NCBI GenBank assembly: GCA_963575745.1
Contig: CAUYUJ010000054.1
Location: 62,001 to 118,923 of the forward strand
Direction: 5' to 3'
DNA: 56,923 nucleotides
Source: Prorocentrum cordatum
Lineage: Eukaryota
Shown here: positions 25,488-38,013 of the stretch, piece after piece
How positions within the stretch are numbered: the first letter of the stretch is position 1
Layout of the letters: every line of letters begins with the position of its first letter
Made by a program: the position numbers and the translations under genes
The notes under the pieces: model-generated
Databases searched by the model: none
What the model saw: only the letters and a program-made list of their open reading frames with translations
Told to the model about the DNA's origin: nothing

Positions 25488-26944
25488 GCGCGGCCCCCCC
25501 AGGGCCAGCCAGGGGGACGCGGTGGGGGACTGCAGAGGGATCAGGAAGCTGGTGCTGTCACGATGGGCATGCTGTGTTCGCACGAAAGTCAGCGAGCGAA
25601 GAACGGTATAAAATAAACTTTTTCGATGTCGGGGGCGCCTGTCCCTGGGCGGCTGGAAAGCTTATACCCCTACGGTGGCACCGTCAGGGTATAAACTTTC
25701 CAGCCGTTCTGGGACAGGCGCCCCCGACAGCGAAAAAGTGTATGTTACACCGTTCTTCGCCCGTTAAGAAAGATTTCGGCGTGGACCCCAGACAGCAAAC
25801 TGGTGAAAGCAGGGCAGAGCAAGCGTGACGTAACGCCAAGCGGTGCGAAGCTGCAGATCTGTGCAGAGCAATGCAGAGCAATGCGAAGCCACGCAATGCA
25901 GAGCAGCGTAAACGAATGCAAGCAGCACAAGGTAATGCAAGACGGCGCAAAGCCATGCAAAGCAAGATAAAGCAGTGCGAAGCAGTTCCGAGCAGTGCAA
26001 ATCACGGGGCCACGATGGGGAGCCTACGGGGCGGTGACGGGGGCCCATTGGGCGGCAGCAGTCCGAAAGCCCGGCGGACCTCTCGAGTTCCTTCGAACAG
26101 AAGCAGGAGCTTCTCGGTGCAGGCACTGTTTGGGGACCACATGCGGGCACATCCAAGTAGAGGGGTGCAAGGCTCCGGAACTGCAGCCGCCACAGGCACT
26201 CCGGAGGGGCTCGGATCGGCGACTTCTATGTGTTTGCGGATTGGGTTGCAGCAGCAGGGGGGTCAGGGCTCAGAAATACTGATATGTGTTTGTAAGCACT
26301 CGATCTTTATTATTCTCTCCTTGCCTCTCCTGGCTTTCCGTATCCTTGTGGACTCGATCACTGCTTGCGAGTGCCTCTTCTTCCTTCGAGATTCTCCGGC
26401 TGAGCCCAGAAGAAAGAGGGGCCTTGCAGCCACGAACCGATCGTGCCGCATCGCTCCTCTGCTCGCGGATTCTCTCGTGGAGGACGCCGCCGCGGGCGGG
26501 AGAGGGCGTGGCAGAGCTTGGCCGCCTTGGGCAGAGCCAGCGACGAAGCTGCAGCTAGCTCTGGAGGACCTGGGTATACAGTCGGGGCCCTGAAGAAGGA
26601 ACCTTTTTGGTTGGGGAGGGGCTCCGCGTTCCTTAAGTGTTTCACAGCTTGCCTCAGGTTTTCCTTATGTTTTCGATAGGAAATCGAAGTTTAACTTATG
26701 GAAAAAAGGGGCCTGGTTCCTTATTCAGGGTTCCTTAGGTCAACGCCCCGACTGTAGGCTTGGACCTCGCGCTCGAAAAGCGGGGGCGAGCTCGAAACGG
26801 AGTGGTGACATGGCCTGGAGCCGCGCCGGCGTGAAGACAGGGGTGGGGCGCCGGGCCGCCGTCGCGCCATGCTCGTGCACTCGGTGCCGCGCAAGCCTGG
26901 CGCCCAGAGACAGAGCCGCCGGCGGCAACCAGAGGAATTGGATT

Positions 26945-27104
26945 CAGGAGGGGACAAAACACACAGACACAATTAATCGTCCACTCCCAGGAGAATATGG
27001 GAAAATATGGGAAGTGGGGGGGAAGACAAAAATTCAAAACATAGGGGAAAATATGGGGAATCATTTCATTTGTGTGTATTTATTTGTGTGTCCTGGGGCC
27101 CCTT
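26945..27104 (+). mobile_element. ~160-bp dispersed element, copy 2
   Basis: Same AAATATGGGAAAATATGGGAAGTGGGGGG-type core and TGTGTGTATTTATTTGTGTGTCC end; flanks match 5/8. Confidence 0.65.
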
Positions 27105-30100
27105 CATGGATGCAGTGCCCACGAGGCCCGCACCGGGCTCTGCCACACCTCGGGGCGAGGCAGGCGGCGGCACCGTCCGTGGGGCTCACTAGAAAATGGC
27201 AGGGAAGGCCCAGGACGGCTTCGTCGAGCTGGTTCGCTGCATGAGGGGCGAGTTGGCCTTCTCGCTTTCGCAAGCCGCGTCTCGGACGAACCCGAATGGC
27301 AAGGCAGGACCGCCCTCGGCTCCGAAAGATTCGATGTGGTGGTTCATGCAGGGTGCCTGGTCAACCGGGGCGGCAGCTTGGAACCACAAGTTCATCGGAG
27401 CGATTGGCCTGTGGAGCCTTCTGTCTGGCAAGACATAGAAGTAGTTCGGCATCGGCGAGCCAGTCAATGATAGAGTGCAGGTCTTGCGGTCAGCCAGCGC
27501 GACGCTCGACGAAATCACTGGCTCGTGCGGCGGTGTCATCGAGCGCCAGAGGACGGCAGCCGAGAGGGAGCGGCGCTCAGGCTGATCGCGGCGGGCTTCT
27601 TATCCGCGGCAGCCTTCTCCGGTGGGTGTTGAGACACGAAGCGGGAACAGTACAGCTGAGCGAAGAGCGTTGTCCTCATCGACCAGGGCGCAGCAGCCTC
27701 CGATGTTGACGACGACGACGGCGACAGCCTCGTGAAACACCCAGGAACGCACGCTCCATCGGAGCGGCAGGTGGTTTTGCAGAGTCAGATCGGCCAGCTG
27801 ACGTTTGACCGTGGCAAACTTGCCGCGGGTGGCGTCGGTAATCTTCGGCCCTCCCCATTCAGTTGCGCTGACTCGCAGTCAGTTCCCTGCAGTTGAATTC
27901 ATCTTCCCTCAGTTGCACTCAGTTCCGCTCCAGTGCTTCTGCTTTGCTGACTGGGTGCAGGAAGCCCGCGCTGAGCCTCGCCAGCGTTGCGGAGCTGAGC
28001 GACTTTAGCCAGCGGCGCGCCAGATCTTTTCAGGGATGCTCGAGGTGAATTGCCCCCGGAAACCCTTGCAACGAGTTCGCCGTCGCTGTCGACGGAGCTG
28101 GAACGCAAGCAGGTCCTGGCGCGTGCCAGCATCGAGGTTGGCTCGACGCTTCCTGGGAGCAGTCCTGCCCCGCCCAGCGTCGCGACTGAGCCTGTACTGC
28201 GCGCCGTGAGAAAGCCCTCCGATGTGTGCCGCGAGAAAAGTCGCCCCTGCGCGCGCCGCGGACAAGCCTCCCACTCTATCGCGCCAACGGGCCAGCGAGC
28301 CGCGAGCAACCCTGCCGCGGGGTACGCCGCGAACAGGACTGTCCCGATAGGCGCTGAGTGTAGGCTGGGCGCGCTCCTGGGGCGTCGCTGCCGATGGGTG
28401 CGACGTCGACGATTGGCGAACTTTGGCGCTGCAAGCTCCAGCATGCTCCAGCGGGGGCACGCAGCCGAGAAGGCCCAAGGTGATGCTTGCTACTCGCGAC
28501 GTTGCGGGCAGAGGTCCGAGATCCTGGGGCCACCCGTCGTTCCGGACCTGCAGAGGCCTATGGCGCGATGCGAGCACGGACGACGCCAACAATATTCTTC
28601 CAAAGTTGGCGCACGCGATGTAGCGCGACTCCAAGAGGTGCGATAGAAACTCGTAGCGGACGAGATCGCGCGCTGGCAGCAAACGCATCTGCCCTCGGCC
28701 ATCCACGCTTGCGTCGGGCACTCGACACGAAGAGTATGCTTGCATTGTTGCCGCGGGTCTTGTCGGCAGACTTTGAAGGTGGCGCGAGATGACGCCAGAC
28801 TCTGTCGGTGGGAGGTCTGCTTGCGCGAGAGAGATTTGCTGGGGAGGGGAAAAACTGCGACATCTTGCGTCGTGGCGTTTGCTTGCAGCCCGGTTCGCAC
28901 GGCGGCGCCTCGCCGACAGTGGAGACTTTGGTCTTCGCTTTCGACGGTGAGGGCGTGACAGCCGCGCTGGGTGGCGCGCGCCCAGGGGACGAAACGAAGA
29001 CCGCATCGAACCGTGGCCCAGCTGTCGGAGCGCCTGCGGCGGCGACGGTGTTTCGGGGCCTGCCGGCATGGCATGGCGCTGGCGACGCGGAGTTCCAAGT
29101 GCTCGTCTCGGGAGACTAGGCGCAGTGGTTAATCGGCGCGCGACGTCCTGGCACCGAATATACCTCGGGGCGCTTCGCAAAGTGAGGCCCCGCGGCATCG
29201 GGTGAGCGCGCTGCAGAGCTGTGCGCTCGAGGGGTGGCGCCGGCCTGGAGGCGCGCCCAAAAGCTCGTTTTTCCGGGGGGGCCCCCGCTGCGCAGCCCTC
29301 CGCGCGGCGCGAGGCTGGCCAGCCCGGATGTCGTTTTCGATGCGAGCTCGGCGGCCCTCGACGCTCCCGCATCGTCGGCGCGGCCGCCCTTCGAGGGCGC
29401 GCGCCGAGCGCGGCCGAGCGCGGCCACTCCTGGGGGGGGCCGCGGCCAGTTCGGGCCAGCGAGCGGGCCGCCGGGCTTCGACGTGGGCGCGCGCGGCTTC
29501 CCGCTCGCGCGGAGGGGGCCTGCCGCGAATAAAAGAGTTGCAGGTGGCGGCGGATCGCCGGAGCTGAAAGGCTGCGGGTCTCGTAGGGCCCCGCGGGGCC
29601 CTCGTGGTTTCGCAAGGGCCTCGGGTGAGGCCTGCCTCCTCGCAGCGGAAGCAGCGCGTGAAGAGGCCGCCGTCGTCTGGGCGCCGATCGTGGTGCGCCG
29701 TGACTGCACTTCTGTAGTTCTGCGGGGTAGGCGGTCTGCTCCGCGCGAGGGCGCATCCCGTCCGACGGGTTGATTATGCGGTTTGGCGCGGAGTAGTTTC
29801 TGTTCCTTGTTTGGATTTAAGCATGTTACAGGCCGTGCAGAGACCGAACTTATTCATGTTAGGATTTTGGATCGGGATGGGGGATTCATCGAGCGCGGCG
29901 CTGTAGGGGTAGTAGTAAGCTGTATTCATCCGTTTTCCTGCCAGTCTCCCCTTGGCCGTCGTCCTTGCTCGTTTTGGGATCAAGCATTGCCGCCTGATGC
30001 CCAGCCATGTATTCAAGCGACTTGCGCCATTCCATCGACCCCCAGAAGGAGTGAGAACTTGCGACGATCGTGGAAGTTGTCCAGTTGGACTCGAGCCGCT

Positions 30101-30802
30101 TGGATACATATGAGTGGTCGTTGGGATGCTTCTCAGGAACATCTTGGGGGGCTCTTTGTGGCATCTGGGACGGTTTGGGGGGTTCTTAGGGGCCTCTTGA
30201 GAGCCTCTTGGGGGGTGGGACCTCTTGGGAGCCTCTTGGAGGCCTCTGAGCGCTGCGGGCCTCGGGGGCATCTTGGAGGGCTCTTGGGCCATCTTCGGAG
30301 GGAAGGCTCGAAATGTCAGTTTGCATTATCCTTCTTGGGCCCCTCTTCGGGGTCTCGGGCTGTCTTCGGGGCCCCTGGGGGCGTCTTGGGGCCATCTTGG
30401 CCCGTCTTGGGGCTCTCTTGAGGGCCTCATTGGCCGTCATGGGGTGATCTTGGGAGCCTCCTGGGTCGTCCTTGGAGTATGCTGAAAATATTGTTTTCCT
30501 AAGGGAATGGGGCGACACTTGGGTCTTGAAGCCCTCTCGGCGGTCCTCTGAGCGCACTCTTGGGTCGTCTTGGGCGCCTCGTGGGCCGTTTCGAATCCAT
30601 CTTGGATTGTCGTGGACCTCCCTTGGATCATGTCGGCGGTGTCTTGGACTGTCCTGGCGCTAGGGCCGTCCTGGGGCTCTCGAGAGCCTCTAGAGGCTCC
30701 GGGGATGCGTTTTGGGGCTCTCCACCCCCCGGGTTCCCCCGCCCTCTAATCGGGTTTTGGACCTTGGGAGGGGGGAAAGGGGGAGGGGGACAGCCAAATA
30801 TC

Positions 30803-30963
30803 CAGGATGGAAAGAAACACACAGACACAATCAATCGGCGATTCCCGAGAAAATATGGGAAAATATGGGAAGTGGGGGGGAAGACAAAAAACCCAGAAAA
30901 TACAGGAAAATATAAGGATTTGTTTTATTTGTGTGTATTTATTTGTGTGTCCCAGGGCCCCTT
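30803..30963 (+). mobile_element. ~160-bp dispersed element, copy 3
   Basis: Perfect 8-bp flanking duplication CAAATATC (30795-30802 and 30964-30971). Confidence 0.75.
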
Positions 30964-33278
30964 CAAATATCTCACGCGTTTTCTCATCACTGGCAGGCGG
31001 GGGTCGCCGGACCACTGCTGCTCGACCCACCCGCAGAGGACTTTTGATGCCCACCTTGGAGCTGTTGGATGTTCGTGGTGCTGTGCAGTCGCACGGCCCA
31101 TCCTCTGCGCATCCGGCGTCGAGGAGGAGGACGAGGAGGAGGAGGAGGAGGAGGAGGAGGAGGAGGAGGAGGAGGAGGAGGAGGAGGAGGGGGGAGGGGG
31201 GAGGGGGGAGGGGCGGGTTTTCGGGCACGGGGTAACGAGAATGTATGTCGAATGCACATGGTTGTCGCCTTTTGGGGGTTGTTAATGCCAGCTCGAAATC
31301 GGCCTGCCGGCGTGGGACCCACGGGACTTTCCTGTCCCCCGATGACCCCAGGGACCCACGGCGGCGCAGGGACACCTCTGGACGCGCAGGGATCGACGAA
31401 GAGTGCACCTCAACTTCTCTTACAGCAAGACGTCTTGTCGTATGCGTCTACTGTACTGCACCTGCTTGCGCTCTCTGCCCGAGTCCTTCTTAAGCGGACA
31501 TATGAAGACTGCCACTTTTGGCGACCTTGTTGACACTCCCGAGGTGTGTTCCCAGCGGCTTTCCCTGGAACGTATTCCCAATACGCCCACCCCGCGGGTT
31601 AACAACATTCAAGGAAGGAAAAACCAACTGGACTGGACAATTGGCGTTTACTAAACGACCCTGGGCGTTTACTAGACAGCTCTACCCTCTTTGATTCCTT
31701 CTTTGGGCGCGTTTGCTAAACGGCCTCGCGTGTCGGGGTGGTTACTATCGGGGTAGATTTTCTCTCCTCTACACCCCGCGGGTTAACAACGCATCCCCTC
31801 CGTCCCTCCGAACCTCGGCCTCTCGTCCTTCCGTCCGCGGTTTGCCCTCCTCAAACCCTGCCTGCTTGCCTGCTCTTCACTGCCGTCGTCAGCCCCTGCA
31901 CCCCCTGACTTCCCTTTTTCTCTCCCTCCCTCCCTCCCCCCCTCCCTCTCTGGAGGGGGGCTACACCGCGGCTCCATCAATGCTTGCATGTCAAGCGCAT
32001 GCTCCACGAGGGAACGAGTGCACACCCTCTCGCACACCGGCCTACCCCCGTTCTGTCAGTCCTCCCTTCTCTCCAGACCTTTCTCGCCTTCCCAGTATAA
32101 CACAGCGCCTGCGCCCCCAGGGAGAGTGCACCAGCAGAGATCCCCCGTGGCGCCGATATCCCAGGCCAGTGCATGAGTTCCAGGGCGCTACGTAATAGTT
32201 TGTCTCGGGCGAGCTCTGCGGGACCAGCACGTTGCCAGACTTCAGACATGATCTCCTGAGGTGACGATCCTTGCTGGCAGCACTGTTTGTTGACACCTTC
32301 AGGCGAGGTCGCTCTGGCGTTCGGAAAGGTCTGACCACGGCCCTTTTCGCTGCGATCGCGTCTCTGCCTCCCCTCCCCCCCTCTCCTACAGATCTCTCGG
32401 GAAGTTGGGCAAGAATATGGCTGTGTTCCGAGCACACACGACCAGTCACCAGTGGACACAGAATAAGAGAGAGAGAGAGGGAGAGGGAGAGATATACCAT
32501 GGTTTAGTATAAGCTATTGGGCAACATGCGCGCCTAGTATGCTCTGGTACGCAGTGGGGAGGGCAGCGAGAATACGATACCATTCGAGCGGATATCTTCG
32601 TAAGAGGTGTGTTTTTGTTCCTTGCTTGTGGGCCCGCCAGGAGAGTGGCATCACGGCGCCAGAAAGAGCAGCCACATAGGTTTCTGTTGCGGATCTTGCG
32701 TTCTCCCTTGCATTTCTGTTTTCGTTTGTTCCTTTCCTTCTCCTCTTGTCTCCCGTCACCTACACGCCTTCCCTCTCCCTTCTATCCTTCCATCTACCAG
32801 TCCTGCTCCTACACCCCTCGCCCCTCCCCTACTCTCTTCCCTCCATTTCCATCCCTCGGGAACTCAACATACAGTGTCTTTCCAAGGGCGAGAAACTCGC
32901 GAAACGCAGGAAACGGATCCGGAGATTCGCCTAGTCCCCCCCCGAGTCGTTTGGTCAGTTTTTTCCAAGCGGGACAGTGGGTGGACAACATAATTCAAGT
33001 TGTTGGAGCAACAACACTAGCAAGCCGCCAAAGGTGAATGAGACATATTGCGAGCTTTACCAAATCCCCACTCCCACATATCAATGCTAACTTGCAATTT
33101 TTTCGCGTCCTGGACCTCGGGTGCTGCATCGAGGCCAACACTGAGGTGTAGAGGGTTGGGTAGTGCGCGTCGTGGTGACGTCGCAATCCAGGCGCAGCCG
33201 CATGTGGTCACAAATAGCATGCAGTCTTTCGTTTTCCCACCGGAGCTGCCCTCTCAAGCGCCTGGAGTCCGACGAAGG

Positions 33279-33426
33279 CATCTATACACCACCACCGTGC
33301 CAGGCCAGGGCCCTCCTGGGCCGTAGGACGGTGTATCGACCCTCCTGCCTCGGCGCCAGGAGGACGTAATACACCATCCTCGGGCCCAGGATGGCCCTGG
33401 CCTGGCACGGCGGTGGTGTATAGATG
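33279..33426. mobile_element. MITE-like palindromic element related to 6269-6413
   Basis: 33/34-bp TIR CATCTATACACCACC(A/G)CCGTGCCAGGCCAGGGCC and similar size; no clear TSD. Confidence 0.8.
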
Positions 33427-36209
33427 CTTTCTGCGTACTGGTGGCCAGGGCGCTCTTCCACTCACAGGCTCTCTGCGCGGCGGCCCTCCGCGAACAGCGG
33501 GTCCGCCCACGGGCCACGTGGCTTGCGGCCGGCGTGGAGGCGATCGTGTGCGCTGTGGCGCCGCCGGCCGGCTGACACTGCTAAATCAAATTGCACGCCG
33601 GCCCCCAGCTTTTGGGGGAGGGCGTGCGCGCCGAAGGGGCCCTGGCAGGGGCCCAGCGTGCACCGAAGGGGGCCCTCGGCGGGGGATTGCCCCACAGGGG
33701 TGGCCTGCTTTTCGGAGACCGATGTTTCGACTAGGCGTAAGAGTGACCTTTCGCCGGAGTGACCTTTGGTGCGGGCCAAATGGAGTCCCCCGATCGTCGA
33801 GCGCGATAGGGTGGTAGCGTCTTGCGCGCTTGTGTTTGGTCCCTTCCGCGGCCCCTAAAAAGCCGCGCACTAAAGGTCACTCTTACCCAGGGTCACTCTT
33901 GCGCGCAGCCGAATGTTGCACGCTGTCTTTCCAACGCCAACCTCATGGGCCTCTCCGGAGGAGTGGAGGTGGTGGGCCGTCGCCGTCTTTCTCTTCGTCC
34001 TCGCACCGTCGTCTCTTATGGTCGTCACACCTGTTTCCAATGCTGCGGTTGCTCTCGTTCAGCTCTCTCGTTTCTTCACGCCTTTCTGTCCAGCGTGTTG
34101 CCCAGTAGCACAGCGCGTAGGTTCACAGGCTCGCGCATCCAGCGGGTCCAGTGCTTTCACCATCTATTAAGGCTTTGTTTCATATTGCACGTGGTGCAAC
34201 GCGACTGGCACCTTCATTGAATCGCTTTACGCACTCCGCCGGCTTAGATGGCATCACTGTTGGCACCTGCTCGTGTAGAGAAGGGCCGTGGATGAGAGCG
34301 TGAAGCCGAGAGGGGACACACGAGTCAAAGCGATGCGACGATGATTGGCTCACGCAGGCTCCAAGAGCGGCCACCCTGGAGTCACATTGGAGGCCTGTTG
34401 GAGCCGTCGGTGGAGCTCTTTTCGGCACCTCTTCGGAGTCTTTGAGGCCATCTTGGGACTCTTGGGGCCCTTTGTGGACCTTTCCCTCTAGACACCATCC
34501 CGGAGACCATCGGCGGCCCCCTGTTGGAGACCGAAGCAGGCCTCTTTGGCCCCTCCTGAGGCCCTCTTGGGGGTCCCTTGGGGCCTTCTTGGGCAGTCTT
34601 GGGTCTGGGCCGTCTTGGGGGGCTCTCTTGGCCGCCTGGGGGGTCTTGTGGGGTCGTCTTGGGTATTCTTGGCCCGTCTATGAGCCCTCTTGGGCAGTCA
34701 TGGGAAGCTCTGGAGGCTCTCTGTGGCCAGATTGGGGTTCTCTTGGGGCAGTCCTGGGCATTCTAGAGGCCCTCTTGGGGCTCTCAGTGGGGTCCTTTGG
34801 GCCCTCGAAGGCCACAGGTGGATCGATCTTCGACCGAAGAGCGTGGAAAGCGAACCACATTGCAACGCCAAAGGGAAATGTTTGTCAGCATGGACCCCGA
34901 ACAGTGAGTTCATGCACTGGGTATGCAACACATGTGGTGCAAGCTATGTGGTTCACTGTATGTGGTGCATGCTATGTGATGTAAGCTAGGCGGGGCAGTG
35001 TATTTTTGGTGTATGATAGATGGTGCAAGCTGTGTGGTGCTTCGTGGATCCCCACCAGCTCTGACGCCGCGCCGGTGCCCGCTCGCGGTCGCGATCAAAA
35101 AGGATCCCCACCAGCCCGTCCAGAAACGGATCGCCAGGCGAGTTGCTTTGATCAGGGAAGTGTAGAAGTATGCAGCGCAGCATCCGCATTGGACGCGTTG
35201 TGTCGGAGGTCCTTTGGAGCCATCTTAGGGCTCTCTTAGGGTCCTCGCGGGACCTCTTGGGGCATTCTTGGGGCCCTCTTGGAGCTCTCTTGGGACTTTC
35301 TTATGGCCTTATGGGGGCTTGGGGGGCTCTTGGGGTCGTTGGGCCCCATGGTTCAAACGGGGGCGGGGGGCGGGTAGGAAACTCAGCCCCCCCCCCCCCT
35401 GGAAGGCTCAAACATTTCGTCGTGGTTCCCTCTTGGGCCGCTCTCGAGGCCTCTTGGGCGTACTTGAGGTCCTCTTGGGCCCTCGTGGGCCCCTCTTGGG
35501 ACTTTGTTGCGCCATGTTGGTGCCATCGTGAGGCCTCAAAAGCATTTCGGAAGCAAGGCAGCGAGACTGCAACAACACGGTGCGTGTCCTTAGGTGTTTG
35601 AAGGAGGTTTGGCCTCTCGGTGGAGCCCTTGGAGGGTTCGGAGGGCGCTTGACATCGTCTTCGGGCTGTCTTGGGCCTCTTGGATGTGTGTCGGATGCTA
35701 TACTGACTCATCTTGAGCTACCCTGAGCTATTTTGGTCCATCTTGGAGGCCACCTTGGGCATCTGATGCCCTCTTGGAGTCATCTTGGCCCATCTTGGAC
35801 GCTCCAATGGGTACCCCCCTCTCCCAGGCCCAGTGGTGGGGGTAGGAGGAGGGGTGAACCCCACCCCGAGCTGGGGAAGGAGGGCTTTTTGGAGGAGAGA
35901 AGACACGAGTTCGTTAAGGCACATACGCCCAGAGGGCTGGTGGGATTTAGGTGATGCAGTCCATGGCTTGCACTCCATGTGATGCACGCTAGGTGGCAGT
36001 TCACGTGGTGCATGATCTGCATCGCATGCCGTGTGGTGCAAACGGTGCGGTGCAAGCTACATGGTTCAATGATTTGTCAACGTTGCAGTCGTGAGCTCCA
36101 ATGCTTGAGCACGTATCCTGCCGACCCGCAATTTGTCGACACCACTTAAAAGCAAGCGTAATGCCACGATGGCTCTTCCTATGCAGATCCATGACTCGGG
36201 TGGGTGGGC

Positions 36210-36436
36210 TATGATTGCGATGATGGTTTTCATGGTGCCAGTGATGATGCTGACCATTATGATGATGATGCAGCTGCTGATGAGGATGCCGACGATGACG
36301 GTGACGATGCCGACGATGATGACGACGACGATGACAATGACGATGACGACGATGATAATGATGATGATGGTGATGGTGATGGTAATGGTGATGTTGATGG
36401 TGCTGATGATGATGGTGATGATGGTGATGGTGAGGC

Positions 36437-36467
<31 letters not shown>

Positions 36468-36829
36468 GATCATAATAATACTGATGATGACGATGATGAT
36501 GAGGATGAGGATGACCATGGGGATGTTGACGGTGCTGGGGATGATTATGACGACGACGATGACGATGTTGATTATGATGATGATGATGATGATGATGATG
36601 ATAATGATGATGGTGATGCTGATAGAGGTGGAGAGTGGGATCGGGATGGTAATGATGATGCTGCTGATGACGATAATGATGACGATGCTGATGATGATGC
36701 TGCTGATGCTGATAATGATGATGGTGGTTGTGGTGGTGGTGATGGTGGTGGTAAAGGTGGTTACGATCACGATGATGATGCTGATAATGATAATGATACT
36801 GGTGATGGCGATGATGATGATGATGATGC

Positions 36830-36861
<32 letters not shown>

Positions 36862-36862
36862 C

Positions 36863-36910
<48 letters not shown>

Positions 36911-36962
36911 CGATATGATGATGGTGACGGGGATGCTGATGATGATGATGTTGATGACAATC

Positions 36963-36996
<34 letters not shown>

Positions 36997-37303
36997 GGAT
37001 GAGGAGGAGGATGAGGATGAGGATGAGTATGAGGATGATGATGATGATGATGATGGTGGTGGCGTTGATGGCGAGGGCGGCGACAACGACGACGCCAGCG
37101 ACCATGATGACAGTGATGACGACGGTGAGGCCGACGTCGGCAGCGATGGTTATGTTGATGATTGCGATGATGGGGGTGGTGCAGGCGATGATGGTGATGA
37201 CGATGCTGCTGATGATGATGCTGGTGAGGGTGTTTGTGATGCTGATAGTGAAGATGATGACGATGATGATGATGATGCTGCTGCTGATGATGATGACGAT
37301 GGC

Positions 37304-37371
<68 letters not shown>

Positions 37372-37387
37372 CGATGACGATGACGAT

Positions 37388-37428
<41 letters not shown>

Positions 37429-37685
37429 TAATGATGCTGTTGTTGATGATGAGGACACTGAGGACGATGCTGATGCTGATGATGACGACGACGATGATGA
37501 TGATGATTATGATGCTGATGCTTATGACGATGGCGATAACGTTGACGATGATGATGAGGAGGAGGAGGAGGATTCTGTCGATGGTGATGATGTCGATGCT
37601 GATGGGGATGCTGCTGGTGGTGGTGGTGATGACGATTATGGTAATGATGATGATGATGATGATGATGGTGGTGGTGATGATGATG
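36210..37685. repeat. Degenerate (GAT)n microsatellite, left flank of retroelement
   Basis: Direct inspection. Confidence 0.95.
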
Positions 37686-37741
37686 CTCCTTCTTATCCCC
37701 ATCGCGCCCGCTGATTGCAGTCGTCTGCAGCTTCTCGGCCC
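37682..37741 (+). repeat. Split direct repeat A1
   Basis: 60/60 identical to 47766-47825. Confidence 0.97.
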
Positions 37742-38013
37742 GATAGCTGCCCCGCTCGCCCCCCACTCCCCTCCCCGCGCGCGCGCGGCCGGGGCGCCAG
37801 GGGCCCGCGGGGCCATCGCCGTTCAGGTTTCCTCGACACCTACGCGGCGATCGTCGACTCCGGGTTCGCCACCCCGCGCTGGCCCAAGTCGGTCGGGCCG
37901 GCGCCTGTGGCCCGTACGACGAGAGCGAGCGTCGGGGCCGACCGTCCGTTCTGAGCGGTGGTCGGTCGGGCAGGCGCGCCTTTCGGCACCCTGCCTGCCG
38001 TGGCCACTGGGCC

